Shown: piece after piece, positions 49,441-62,414 of the stretch | Layout of the letters: each line of letters opens with the position of its first letter | Numbering within the stretch: position 1 is the first letter of the stretch | Origin: Camelus dromedarius | Lineage: Eukaryota | Direction: 5' to 3' | DNA length: 64,000 nt | Assembly: GCF_036321535.1 (NCBI RefSeq) | Contig: NC_087437.1 | Span: 121,336,001 to 121,400,000 of the forward strand | The notes under the pieces: generated by a model | What the model was told of the DNA's origin: nothing | Databases searched by the model: none | What the model saw: the letters and a program-made list of their open reading frames with translations, nothing else | Program-made: the position numbers and the translations under genes

Positions 49441-52400
49441 TTTGGAACAGCCAACAACAGAAAATGTAGGGTAGAGATTTTTTAGACTAAATCTTAACTC
49501 TGCCTCACTTTCTTCTTACTGTTTAAAATCTGAGAAGGGCCTTGTCAGTTCAGCCTCCTGCCTCGCTGGCCTCCCTCCTGCAGGCATGTGGGCCTCGGGG
49601 CAGCCCCCGCCCCCGCCCAGGCGGAGGCCGGCGGCCGGCAGCCTGGCGTGACGTCCTGGGGGCGCCTCCTTTCCCCGGCTGGACTCTCTCCAGGGCGGGT
49701 TTCTTAGGGACTGAGGGTGCCCACCGACGCGCCCTTGATGCCGAGACCCCCCCACGCTCTTTCCTTTTAGAAAGTCTCAGGTGCAGGACTGTCGGATTTC
49801 AAGCAGTTTCCTGCGGTGTCGGAATGCAGGCGTCAGGATGCCGTGGAGCCTGGCCACTTTCCCCAGCGCCATCGAGGAGGGTGACGGGTTTGCGCCGGTG
49901 CAGGCAGCCGGCCACCCCACTCCTCCCACCATGCCGCAGAGCCACCCCGGCTCTTTGACCCTAACGGTGCCTGGCTTTCTGATTCCTGGCTTCGCATCCT
50001 GGGGTTTCCCAGCGACGATCAGCAGAGGAACCGTGGGGTCCCTGCGGGCCAGTGACTGGGAGGGCCTCCGGGATGCCGGCCAGTGCCGCCTTCAAGGCTT
50101 GGCCGTGCCGTGGCAGTGGACGCGAGGCGGACCCGCTTCAGTCCTGACCTCGCCCCCGGGAAGCCGCTCTGAGGCACCACCGCCTTGCTGGCAGGAGGTG
50201 GGAGGGCTTGCCTCCATCTGGCGCTGGAGCTGGAGACCGTGGGAGAGAGAAGGGCCTGCAGAGAGGGCGGCCCCATCACCCGGGTCCATGGTGACCTCAC
50301 TCTCAGGACCCCCCACCGTGCGGGCAGCGGGTGAGGCCCAGACAGTGCCTGGCGGAGGGGAGCCCCTGACAGTCGGAGCCGCCTCTCTCCGCCCCGCCAC
50401 CCCTGCGCCGGTTACCAGGGCCTGGGGTGGGCGTGGCTGGGCCTGGGGCTCAGAGGGGTCTGTGAGGGGTTTGTCGGGGGACTGAACAGCACAGCCAAGA
50501 GGAAGCAACGGTCCAGCGAGTTCTGCGCTGTGCTTCTGCCAGGCTGCGTCGCAGCTGCGTCTTGATACGTTAGTTTCCCCTTGGCTTTCGGGTGGCTTTC
50601 TCTCCTTTTTTGGTTCGTTCTTGGTTACACTTCCTGCTGACAGCAGACCCCGTGAATGGCAGGGACCTGCTAGCCGCACGCTGGTTGCAGGCACTGCCCA
50701 CACATGACTCCAAGAGAAGGCCCTTTAAGAGGACCTTCATACAGGAGGGCGGATCGGGGGTGGGGGCCAGAGCCCTAGGGACAGGGCTCCTGTTCTGGGC
50801 TGGCCCGGGCTGTGGGCTCCTCCTGGGTTAGCCCAGCCCCGGCCAAGTTAGGGCTCAGTGGTCGGAAGCATCCTTCACATGGGAAGTGTCCGCAGGTGTG
50901 GGGCAGGAGGCCCACGATCCTGAGACCCACCTCTGCCTTCCAGGTGCCAACCAGCCCTACACCCCACTCCTCTCCTGGGTGCACCATGGCTCCCTGGCTC
51001 TGTGGATGGTTCTCCAGGTAGCCATCTGGCCCTCTCGACTTGCACTGCTCCATCCCGGGAGCCCCCACCCCCACCTCTGCCGCTCTGTCTGGTCCCGGTG
51101 GACAGGTCCTGATCCCCTTCTGTGCTTGCCCCTCTCCAGGACAGCAGGGGTCCCGGAGGGCTCAGCAGGGAGAGATTAGGGCTGCCAGACACCCAGGGCT
51201 CCTCCTTCTAGGCACATAGTAGGGCTACATATCCTGTCTTCTCTGGCGTAGCCATCAGCCTGCTCTGGCTGGGAGATGATGTGTGTCACTTCTGTGCACG
51301 GCATGCAGGACCCTCGTGTGTCTGCTGGGGTCCTGCTCTGGTCCCAGATGGACTCCCAGCCAATCCATGCAGACTGGGGGCGTGTGAAGGGGAGCTCTTG
51401 TGAGACCTGGGGCCTGTTGGTTACACGGTGGGACCCAGCTCGTTGTGTCGGACTCCAGGGTGGTGCAGGAGCCAGGAAGATGGCCAGCGTGGCTCTCGCC
51501 TCAGGGGACCGTGGCTCAGAGGCACTGGTGTTTTCAAAACTGTACCGAAATGAAACTGGATTCTCCCTCATGGATCTGAGGCTCTTTAGGTGAACACGGC
51601 CTGGACTTTGCTTCCTTCTTTCTCCAAAATTTCTTGGCTGGTGGATTGGTTGTGTGAAGCTTTTTCCAGACGAGGATAGTTTCCAATTAGTCTGTGATAT
51701 TTGCAAACTCTGCACTAGCAAGCGGGTCTTTGCTGAGATGTTTTCCCAGAAATCTGCTCTCCCCAAACAGCCTAAATGGCTCCCTTCACTGCTGCCAGGA
51801 GAACAGGGGACCCTCTGTCTGCCAGCTCACCCAGCACCAGTCCCGCGGCAGCGGTGTGAGCAGCCGATGGCGCAGCTCAGGGCCGAGTGCAGCGTGGCCA
51901 CAGCGGACACCCCAGGCCCTGGTTCTGGGAACATGTGCCCACCCTCCTCCTGAGCTTTTTGAGGGGAAGGTGGATGCACAGGCTCAGATCCAGCCTCAGC
52001 ACTGCCCACCTGTGACTGCGTCCACACTCGCCCTGCTCTCTGCACTACAGGCCAGGCAATCGGGAGACGAGGTTCTGGGGCAGGAACAGCAGCTCTATTC
52101 GGAGAGCCGGCAGACCGAGCAGATGGGGGACTCATGTCCTGGAGAACCACCCCTATACGAGTGGAAAAGTGTCCTACCCTTAAGGTCAGAGCCTGGAGAA
52201 CGGGCTCTCCTGTATAGTTCAGGCTCCAGGCCACGTTCTTTTACAAAAGGTGCAGAGCCAGCCCAGGAAACAGAGCTCAGGGTTAGCGCTAAAGGAGCAG
52301 ATCTCAGGTGGAGTCAGGATTGTTCTTCCCTGTTACACACCTGTACGGTCAAGTCACGGTGGCTTGTGGCCAACAGGCTGGACTGCCCATGTTGGCCCAG

Positions 52401-52805
52401 TCCCTGCCGGCTTGCCCTCTCCAGGTGTCCCCATGTGGGCTCATTGACCCGTCAGCTCCATGGCCGATTCTCACGCCCCAGAACCCACCTCACCTGCCTC
52501 TACAGGGGCTGCAGCTCATGAGATTACCAGCTTCCCAATTTGTGGTTCTCCAAATATAAAGCATCACATAGGCCCCACTGGCATAGAACACCCGCAGTCA
52601 AGCTAATAGTGACTTGACAGTTTTCTCCAGGAAAAACTCAGTGGGTATCAATCTTGCATTTGTGCGAGCAAAGGGCTCCTTCTGGTGATCCTCCCCAGAT
52701 GAAGAGACTTCCCGTTCTGGTAATACAATTCTGGTTTTAAAAAACCTTAGACAAATAGGCCCTGAGGGGCACCCTTTAAGACAGTGTCAAAATCTGCTGT
52801 GAACT

Positions 52806-53395
52806 GTTTTTTGTAGTGTAGTCAGTTTGCAATGTTGTGTCAGCTTCTGGTGCACAGCATGTTTCAGGCATACGTGCACAGACACAGATTCCTTTTCAGA
52901 TTCTTTTCCATTATAGGTCACTACAAGATATTGAATATCTTTCCCCAGGATATACAGAAGAAACTTGTTTATTTTATATAAACTAGTTAATATTTGCAAA
53001 TCTCAAACTCCTAATTTATCCCTTCCCACCCCCTTTCCCCCTGGTAACCATAAGGTTGTTTTCTATGTTTGTGAGTCTCTTCCTGTTTTGAAGATGAGTT
53101 CATCGGTGTCTTCTTTTCCTTTTTTTAGATTCCACATATGAGCGATCTCATATGGTATTTTCCTTTCTCTTTCTGTCTTACTTCACTTAGTATGACCATC
53201 TCCAGGTCCACCCATGTTGCTGCAAATGGCATTATTTCATTCTTTTTTATGGCTGAGTAGTATTCCACTGTATAAATACACCACAACTTCTTTATCCAGT
53301 CATCTCTCAATAGACATTTAGGCTGTTTCCATGTCTTGTCTACTGTAATTAGTGCTGCCGTGAACACTGGGGTGCAGGTGTCTTTTCAAATTAGT
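52806..53395 (-). mobile_element. 5'-truncated lineage-specific LINE-1 3' end
   Basis: Minus-strand ORF 53125-53367 [18 protein letters not shown]...IMPFAATWVDLEMVILSEV = L1 ORF2 extreme C-terminus. Confidence 0.93.
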
Positions 53396-53674
53396 TCTCA
53401 CCATGAACTATTAGCCCACATCATGCTCAACAGTAAGACAGCCGTGGTCCCCATCGAGGCTGGACACAGACCAGGAGTCCTAGCTGGTGCAGCGAGTGAG
53501 GAACGAGTAACAGGTCATCATGCGGTCGGGCCGTTACTTCCTTTAAATGCCCAAGAGAATTCCCTGGGAAAACATGAGAAACAATACAAAAGAGCAGAAG
53601 ATTCCTCATCACGGAAGTTTTAAGACTCTCCGTCTTTCCTACAGAGCAGAAATAACCCACTTAGAACATAGAAA

Positions 53675-54112
53675 AGCCCCCCAAAATACCTACACCCCCT
53701 AATTTCTGGAATCTGTGTCTATGACCTTATGTGTCAAAATTAAGGGTTATATTAAGGGTTTTGAAGTAAGGGGACTAGCCCGGACTGTTGGGGCCGCCCC
53801 TAAATGCCATCACAAGTGTCCTTATAAGACAGGAGCAGGGATTCGATGACACAGAGCAGGAAGGCCGTGTGAAGTCAGGGCATAGAGTTGGAGACGCTGG
53901 TCTGGAAGGTTGGCACGACGTGGCCCCAAGTCCAGGGACCAGAAGCCTAAGGAGGCAGAGGGGCCTCTCCGACAGCCTCGGAAGACAGTTCGGCCCCGCC
54001 AACTCCCTGATTTTGAGCTTATGGCCTCAAAACTGTGAGAGAATGAATTTCTGTTGTTTAAAGCCAGGGTGTGTGTTTGTTACCGCAGCCACGGGAGCAG
54101 CCCGCGTTCATA
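53675..54112 (+). mobile_element. MaLR solo LTR (MLT1D/E-like)
   Basis: ccctaaatgccatcacaagtgtccttataaga...aactgtgagagaatgaatttctgttgtttaaagcca...tttgttaccgcagcc. Confidence 0.85.
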
Positions 54113-54749
54113 CTTCCTGCAGCTCTGACCGGAGGTTTCTCCCGGCTGGACGGGTGTCAATGACGCTGGGGCGGCAGGATGACGATTTTGACTTCATTCG
54201 TTCTGCACATCTGTGCTCATATCCCGGAATAGTAAGTCCCCTGCCCAGAGCCCCCGCCCGCACCTTTCCTGGGGTCTCCCACCCGGAATGTCTGTCTCCC
54301 TGGTCCTCCCTTCCTTCGAGGCTCCCCTGGGCACCGGGTCGGGGGCGGGATGTACCACCTGCATCTCACTCTTGGGAGCTCAGGTGGTCCCAGGAGGACT
54401 AGAAGGGAGTGAGGTCAGCAAGGGGGGGGGGTCAGGGACCACCCTCCTTCTGCAGAGGTGGGCTCAGTGCATCACTTCCTGGCTTTGCCTTGTTTCCAGG
54501 GACTGAGAACAGCATCTGGGTGACCACCGGGACTGTGGTGCCTCACGGATGCCGCGTCGCACCAGGAAGGTCCGAGGAGCCATCCCTGTTGTTGCCACGT
54601 GCTGGGGGGCTGTGCGCCCTCCGGTCTCAGTTCAGTAGGTGGGTGCGGGGGCCTCGCTTCCAAGGCGGGCTGCCCTTGCAGGCTGCAGGAGAGTGTTCTG
54701 GTGACTGCGTGCATTGACACTGCCCGGGCACCTCTGTTCAGGTCTGTCC

Positions 54750-55090
54750 AGAAATCACCTGGGGCGGCTGCTCCCCTGCACAGAGCCCTGCACCTACCCA
54801 GGTGGATTGGAAGCACCTGTGCACAGCCACTTTACGCTGACAAAGCCCGCAGAGAACTCAGGTGCCGTTCAGCAGATGAGTGGATGACCGAACGGGGGCG
54901 CAGCCACTCAGTGGAGTGGGCTGCAGGAATGGGGAGGAGCGAGGTCGTGGGCACGCGGCACGGGTGAATCTTCAGTGCGTTTTCCCAAGTGAAAGAAGCC
55001 GGACCCGACAGCCTTCGTTCTGTACGATCCCATCTGCGGGGCGGCCCGGGAAAGGCAGAGCCACGATGGGGAGTGGACAGGAGCAGCTGC
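54750..55090 (+). mobile_element. Old L1 ORF2-end/3'UTR relic, extremely GC-enriched
   Basis: tcagcagatgagtggatgacc...gggtgaatcttcag...aagtgaaagaagccggac...tgtacgatcccatct, collinear with the recalled L1MB/ME consensus. Confidence 0.7.
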
Positions 55091-56709
55091 AACTCAGCCT
55101 GACCCTGTGGAGCTGGAACCCAGAACCTCAAACGTCCTCAGTGGCTCCAGGTCGGAGCCCAAGAGTTCCCTCCAGATGCTCCGTCCCACTTGTCCTGGGC
55201 TCGTGCGCCAGCGGTCAGCTTCGTGGGCTCCGCGCCTGGAGCCATCATCCCAGCGCCAAGCTCCTCTTTCTAGAGTCAGCCTCCTAAGGAGGGGAGGCTG
55301 GCACCAGCTGCGGCTGGTGACCCCCGTGATGTCTGATGCGGTATCTCTGCCAGATGCCCCAAGCCCAGAGAAGACAGCGGGAGATGGCGGGACATCGGGG
55401 GAGTGGGTCAGGGCGGGGGCTCTCGGGAGCCGCATGCCTCTAAGGTCATCCAGTCCGAATGACCCGACTGGAGGGGGCAAGACTTGCCCGGATGCGGCAG
55501 ACTCGTGCTGAACCAGGACTGGATCCTGGTCTCCTGAGCTGCCTCCTTCTCCACAGTGTCTGCAGAAGGAGGCCCCGGACCCAGCTGACACCATGAGGGG
55601 GTCACCTGTGGGTGGGGCCCAGGGGGCTGGTCTCCCACAGGTGCCTTGGAAGCCAGCTGCAGGTCCTGCAGGAGGCAGTCTGTCCTGGTGGGTGCCGAGC
55701 TGGGGGTCAGGACCCAGGGCCGCGGTTCTGCACCCCAGACCTTGGTCTCCAGTCTCGAGCCTGACAGGCTGATCAGCGGGCCCTGGGGGTGCTCAGTGAG
55801 TCCATCACGGAAGCCAGTGCTCGGGGACCCGGGACATGTCACCGCACGTGGGTACGAGTGCAGAAGTTGCGTCTGTCTATCCTGACATCTGTGTTCCCAG
55901 GCCGGGCTATGGACAGACGGACAGACGCACAGACGCCGGCCTGCCCGAGTGCATCCTAGGAGGGGGAACGGGGAAACGGAGCCAAAACCCTCTGGGTCTC
56001 TCCAGCTGCATGCCTTCTGGGTTGACCAGTGCACCAGGGAGCCAAGTGCCCCTAATATTTGAATCAGAAACATGATTTTCTAAATGCAGGAAGCTACAGC
56101 ATTTTCTTGTCCAGGTTCCCGTGAGCGGAGCTGGGGGCTTGGATTCGAGGCTGCCTCTGCCCAGCGGTGGAGGCCTGGCTGGGCTCCCTCCTCCCACCTC
56201 TGCCCCTCCACGTCCCCTGATGCCAGGCCCCTGGGATGCAGCCAGGCTCCCCAGACACAAGCACAGAAGCTTAGGGACAGGGCACACTTGGCCCACTGCC
56301 TCCCCCACCACGGGTCGGCTCTTGGACTCTCCCGCAGAAACTCACTCATCTCACCACTGTAAACGCAGCGTCCTTAGAATCAGAAATCAGTGGCAGATGC
56401 GGGCAGATTAGGTCTCGCAGGGAGAGGTGGCGGCGCAGGCTGGAAGCCGGCCAAGGCCAGAAGCCGTGGTCGCAGCGGCAAGGTGCCAGGGCCCCCTTGG
56501 CATCAGGGCGTCTGGGTTACAGAGCGCCAGCCTGCTCCTGGAGAGCCGCAGCCGGGGGAGCGGCTCCGAGGGCCCCTCATGACCCTGGCATGTGCACCCC
56601 CAGTGGCGGGCGCAGGCCGCCCTCCTCCAGGACCAGGAGCGCAGTGGGTGTGGGCTGGCCTCGGTGCCCCTTTTAACCAGTTACCATCTTTGAAAGGAAT
56701 CATCTCTTA

Positions 56710-56832
56710 ACAAATGAGATATAATTCACTTATCTTGCAATTCACCCTTTTAAAGCGTAATTCAGCGCCATTTAGTACATTCACACTGCTGTGCAACCAG
56801 CCCCTCTATCTGCTTCTGGAATTTTCCATCAC
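56710..56832 (-). mobile_element. L1MB-like 3' terminal fragment
   Basis: tgagatataattcac...aattcacccttttaaag...tttagtacattcaca...tgtgcaacca. Confidence 0.75.
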
Positions 56833-56834
56833 AC

Positions 56835-57575
56835 AATTCACAATTTTGTGTTAGTATCAGGCGTACAGCAAGGTGATTCAGTTATACATACATATATGTA
56901 TATATTCTTTCTCAGATTCTTTTCCATTATAGGTTATTACAAGATGCTGAATACAGTTCCCTATGCTGCACAGCAGGGCCTTGTTGTTTATCTGTTTTAC
57001 ATATAGTAGTTAGTACCTGCAAATCCCAAACTCCCAGGTTATCTCTCTGCCCCATCCCCTTTCCCCCGGTAACCATCAGTTTGTTTTCTATCTCTGTGAG
57101 TTTCTTTCTGCTTTGTAAATATGTTCATTTCTGTCTTTTTTTTAGATTCCACATATAAGTGATATCATAGGGTACTTGTCTTTCTCTGACTGACTTCACT
57201 CAGTATGACCATCTCCAGGTCCATCCACGTTGCTGCAAATGGCATGATTTTATTCTTTTTTATGGCAGAGTAGTATTCCATTGTGTACATACACCACAAC
57301 TTCTTCATCCAGTCATCTGTCGATGGACATTTAGGTTGCTTCCATGTCTTGGCTGCTGTAAATAGTGCTGCTGTGAGCACTGGGTTTTTTTCCGGATATA
57401 TGTCCAGGAGTGGGATTGCTGGATCATATGGTAGCTCTATTTTTAGTTTTCTAAGGAAATTCCATACTGTCCCCCACAGTGGCTGCACCAATTTACATTC
57501 TCACCAGCAGTGTGGGAAGCGCCCTTTACCCCACACCCTCTCCAGCATTCATTGCTTGTAGACTTTTTGATGATG
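56835..57575 (-). mobile_element. 5'-truncated LINE-1 3' end
   Basis: Minus-strand ORF 57165-57491 [28 protein letters not shown]...WKQPKCPS = L1 ORF2 C-terminus with a small internal deletion. Confidence 0.93.
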
Positions 57576-57579
57576 AAAT

Positions 57580-59525
57580 GCCTCTCTTTGGTGTTTCTTG
57601 TAGGGCAGTCTTACTAGTGTTGGATCCTCTCAGATTTTATGTATTTTGTTCATTTTATTAAATATATACATATTTATATTTTTAAATATATTTATATTTT
57701 TTGTCATTTAATTTTGTTATTTTTTAATGTGTCTTAGTATCGCTTTCATTTTGCAGCACAGGTTACTGTGCACAGAACCCCAGGCGGGCGGCCTCCACCC
57801 ATCAGCACTCTGACTTTGTTCTCCGTGGTTTCTGATGGGAATCCAGCTGTCAGTCTTACTCAGGATCCCTTGTATGAGACACATCGTTTTCCTCTTGCTC
57901 CTTTGAAGACCTCCCCTCATCTGTGACCTGTTACAGTTTGGTTACACTGTGTTCAGGTGTGGATCTCTGAGTTTATCCTACTTAGAGTTTTTTGAGCTTC
58001 TACAATGTGTAAATTAATGTTTTTCATCAAATTTGAGAAGTTTTAGGCCCTCATTTTTTCTCAGATACTCTCTCTGCTCTTTCCTGTCTCTCTTCTCTGT
58101 GTTCGGGACCCTATCATGTGCATTTTGGGATGCCTAGTGGTGTCCCACATGTCTCTAAGGCTCTGCTCACTTTTCTTTCTTTCTTTTTTCCTCTCTCATT
58201 CTGTTCCTCTGACTGGACAGGCTGCCTGATCTTCAAGCCGGCTGGTTCTCTCCTCTGCTTGTGAGACTGCCAATGAATTTTTAAATCTCATTTATTGTAC
58301 TTTTCAACTCCAGAATTTCCATTTGGCTCTTCCTGCATCTCTGTCAATGCTCCTCGTTTGACGACACGTTGTTCTCTCTCTATGCTTGGTTTCCTTCAGC
58401 CCTTCAGTTATATTTAAAACAGCTGATTTGAAGTTTCTGGTAAACGTAGTGTCTGGGCTGCCACAGGGACATTTCTACTGATTGCTTTCTCCACTGTGAA
58501 CGGGACATGCCTTCTTATTTCTTTGCATGTCTCTATTTTTCCAGCTGGACATTTGAAATAATATAATGAGGCAACTCTGGAAATCAGACTCTCTCCTCTC
58601 CCCAAGGTTTGTTGCTGGAATATGTAGTTTTGGTGTTGTTTGTTGGTGATTTCCTGAATTAATTCTATAAAATCTGTATTATTTGTCCTGTGTGGCTATT
58701 GACATCTCTCCTCGGCTAGCTTAGTGGTCAGCTAGTGATTCTATGGAGATTTTCTTAAATTCCTGAACCAGTAAGTCTCAGTCTTTGCTAAAGGGCTCTC
58801 TCCGTGGTGCTGGGGCATCTTCCACACTCAGTCCAGCAATGGACAACTCTGCTGTAGCCTTCACTTCCACAGACTGGCCAGAGGTGAGAGTGCAGGGCCA
58901 CCTCGGCTCCTTACTGAGCAGGTGCACAGCCCTGGACAAGTGCCTGGCCGTCCAGATTCCTAGGAATGTATGGGACTTTTCCAAATCTCCCTGTGGACAT
59001 TTCATTCCCAGCTTCTTCTTTTAAGATTGTTTGTTTATTTTTGCCCTGTTATCCACCGCAATGTTGAGCGATTGCCTCTGATTTTCTTAGAAAACAAATG
59101 ACCTTGGGGAAATGGCTGTTCCTGCTGGATGAGCTCGAGGTCAAGTCAGAGGAAGACGGCCTTGCAAGCGTGGTCTTCTGAGGACCAGCAGATGGGTCAG
59201 AGACTGATGATTCTCTGGGAATGGGGCACCGGGGTACCATCTCCATTTTGCCCCTTTCCCCTGGCTGCCAGGCTGTTGATTTTCAAGGCTATTGTGGAGA
59301 TGGGGTGGTGGGGGCAGACGGGAATAGAGCAACTCAAAATGCCACAAAGCTCACTGATCTCACCAAGATTCAGCTGTTTTTCATGAATAAACATTCCTCG
59401 TTTCAAGTCCTTGGTTAATTTCCAGAGGTCTGAAAAAGTTGATCCCGATCATTTTTGCCAATGTTGCTCCTCTGGCTAAGAGGATTTTGGATGTCCTTAT
59501 TCTGCCATTTTACTGATGTCATTAC
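57580..59525 (-). mobile_element. Ancient L1 ORF1/5' region relic with embedded AT-rich microsatellite (57640-57725)
   Basis: gtgtggatctctgagtttatcctacttagagtt...tttttcatcaaatttgagaagttt...ttattgtacttttcaactccagaattt. Confidence 0.75.
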
Positions 59526-59529
59526 TCAG

Positions 59530-60211
59530 AATTTTTTTAAAAAGCCTTCTAGAGGTAAAGTTGACGTAATAAGATATGCACATAAAACACTATTTGACAA
59601 GTTTTGACACATGTGTGCACCTATGAAACCATCACCACAGACGAGATAATGACCTACCCAGCTCCTCAATCCCCATCTGAGATCCCCGCCCCTGCCTCTG
59701 CACCCCCTTCATCTCCAGGCAACCACTGATCTTCTTTCTGTCACTGTAGATTAGTTTGCACTTTCTAAAGTCTTATGTAAGTGGAATCATTCTGTCACTC
59801 AGCATCAATATTTTGAGATCCATCCATGTTGCTGTGTGAACCAGAGTTTCACTCCCACTTAATGCTGAACAGAATTCCATTATTTGGATGCCTTGCAGTC
59901 TGCTGACAGACATGTGCGTTGCTTCTTGTTTGGGGCTATTACAAATAAAGCTGGGGTGGACGTTTAGGCGTGAGTCTTTGTGTGAATGTATCCTTTTCGT
60001 TCCTCTTGGGGAGTCAAATGGCTGGACCGTCCTAGTAGGTGGACAGTGGTGTCTCATTGCAGTGTTACTTTCCCTGATGGCTAATGATGTTGAGTATTTT
60101 TTTCCTGTGTTGATTTACTATCTGTGTATCTTCTTTGGTGAATCATCTGTTCAAATCCTTTGCCCATTTTTAGAAAGTGTTATTAGTTTTCTTATTATTG
60201 AGTTTTGAGAG
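59530..60211 (-). mobile_element. Old L1 (L1ME/MB-like) 3' end; left part of an interrupted element
   Basis: caggcaaccactgatct...gtcactgtagattagtttgca...ttttgagatccatccatgttgc; continues at 62415. Confidence 0.85.
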
Positions 60212-62414
60212 GTTTTTTTTTCATCTTTTTTTTTAAACATTTTTTCTGGATTTATAATAATTTTACAATGTTGTGTCAAATTCCAGTGTAGAGCACAATT
60301 TTTCAGTTATACATGAACATATATATATTCATTGTCACATTTTTTTTCTCCGTGAGCTACCATAAGATCTAGTATATATTTCCCTGTGCTATACAGTATA
60401 ATCTTGTTTATCTATTCAACAATTTTGAACTCCCAGTCTATCTCTTCCCACCCTCTGCCCCCTTGACAACCATAAGTTTGTATTCTATGTCTGAGTCTAT
60501 TTCTGTTTTGTATTTATGCTTTGTTTTTGTTTGTTTGTTTGTTTGTTTGTTTTTTAGATTCCACACATGAGTGATCTCATATGATATTTTTCTTTCTCTT
60601 TCTGGCTTACTTCACTTAGAATGACATTCTCTAGGAGCATTCATGTTGCTGCAAATGGCATTATGTTGTCGGTTTTTATGGCTGAATAGTATTCCATTGT
60701 ATATATATATACCACAAATGCTTTATCCAGTCATCTGTTGATGGACATTTAGGCTGTTTCCATGTCTTGGCTATTGTAAATAGTGCTGCTATGAACATTG
60801 GGGTGCAAGTGTCTTTTTGAAGTCAGGTTCCTTCTGGATATGTGCCCAGGAGCGGGATTCCTGAGTCATACGGTAAGTCTATTCCTAGTCTTTTGAGGAA
60901 TCTCCACATTGTTTTCCACAGTGGCTGCACCAAACTGCATTCCCACCAGCGGTGTAGGAGGGGTTCCCTTTTCTCCACAGCCTCTCCAGCATTTGTCATT
61001 TGTGGATTTTTGAATGATGGCCATTCTGACTCGTGTGAGGTGATACCTCATTGTAGTTTTGATTTGCATTTCTCTGATCATTAGTGATACTGAGCATTTT
61101 TTCATGTGCCTATTGATCATTTGTATTTCTTCCTTGGAGAATTGCTTGTTTAGGTCTTCTGCCCATTTTGGATTGGGTTGTTTATTTTTTTCTTATTGAG
61201 TCGTATGAGCTGCTTATATATTCTGGAGATCAAGCCTTTGTTAGTTTCATTTGCAAAAATGTTCTCTCATTCCGTAGACTGTCGTTTTGTTTTACTTATG
61301 GTTTCCTTTGCTGTACAGAAGCTTATAAGTTTCACTAGGTCCCATTTGTTTATTCTTTTTATTTCTATTGCTTGGGTAGACTGTCCTAGGAGAACATTTT
61401 TGAGATGTATGTCAGATAATGTTTTGCCTTTATTTTCCTCTAGGAGGTTTATTGTATCTTGTCTTATGTTTAAATCTTTGATCCATTTTGAGTTTATTTT
61501 TGTGTATGGTGTAAGGGAATGTTCTAGCTTCATTGCTTTACATGCTGCTGCCAGTTTTCCCAACACCATTTGCTGAAGAGACTGCCTTTATTCCATTGTA
61601 TATTCTTGCCTCCTTTGTCAAAGATTAGTTGACCAAAAGTCTGTGAGTTCATTTCTGGGCTCTCTATTCTGTTCCATTGGTCTATATGCCTGTTTTTGTC
61701 CCAATACCATGCTGTCTTGATGACTGTAGCTCTACAGTATTGTCTGAAGTCTGGGAGAGTTATTCCTCCAGCCTCTTTCTTTCTCTTCAGTAATGCTTTG
61801 GCAATTCTAGGTCTTTGATGGTTCCATATAAATTTTATTATGCTTTGTTCTAGTTCTGTGAAATATGTCCTGGGTAATTTGATAGGGATTGCATTAAATC
61901 TGTAGATTGCCTTGGGCAGTGTGACCATTTTAACAATGTTGATTATTCCAATCCAGGAGCATGGGATGTCTTTCCATTTTTTAAAGTCTTCTTTAATTTC
62001 CTTCATCAATGGTTTATAGTTTTCTGTGTATAATTCTTTCACCTCCTTGGTTAGATTTATTCCTAGGTATTTTATTACTTTGGGTGCTATTTTAAAGGGG
62101 ATTGTTTCTTTACTTTCTTTTTCTGTTGATTCATCATTAGTGTAAAGAAATGTAACTGATTTTTGAACGTTAATCTTGTAACCGGCTACCTTGCTGAATT
62201 CTTCGATCAGCTCTAGTAGTTTTTGTGTGGACCTTTTAGGGTCTTCTATATATAGTAACATGTCGTTGGCATATTGTGACACTTTTACCTCTTCTTTTCC
62301 AATTTGGATGCCTTTTATGTCTCTCTCTTGCCTGATTGCTGTGGCCAGGACTCACAGGACTATGATGAATAGGAGTGGTGATGGTGGGCAGCCTTGTCTT
62401 GTCCCAGATTTTAG
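60212..62414 (-). mobile_element. Young 5'-truncated LINE-1 (~2.2 kb) with disrupted ORF2 (RT C-terminal half to end)
   Basis: ORFs 61530-62282, 61267-61569 and 60866-61120 translate to L1 ORF2 ([57 protein letters not shown]); poly-T tail; TTGAGAG repeated at 60205-60211 and 62415-62421. Confidence 0.97.

Noticed and set aside
36000..56700. ADARB1 exons or homologues of human downstream lncRNAs expected by synteny
   Set aside because: No recognisable ADARB1 peptide; lncRNA homology cannot be judged by eye
61530..62282. 250-aa reverse-transcriptase-like ORF as a novel or domesticated RT gene
   Set aside because: Ordinary 5'-truncated L1 ORF2 with frameshift, stops and a mutated catalytic motif
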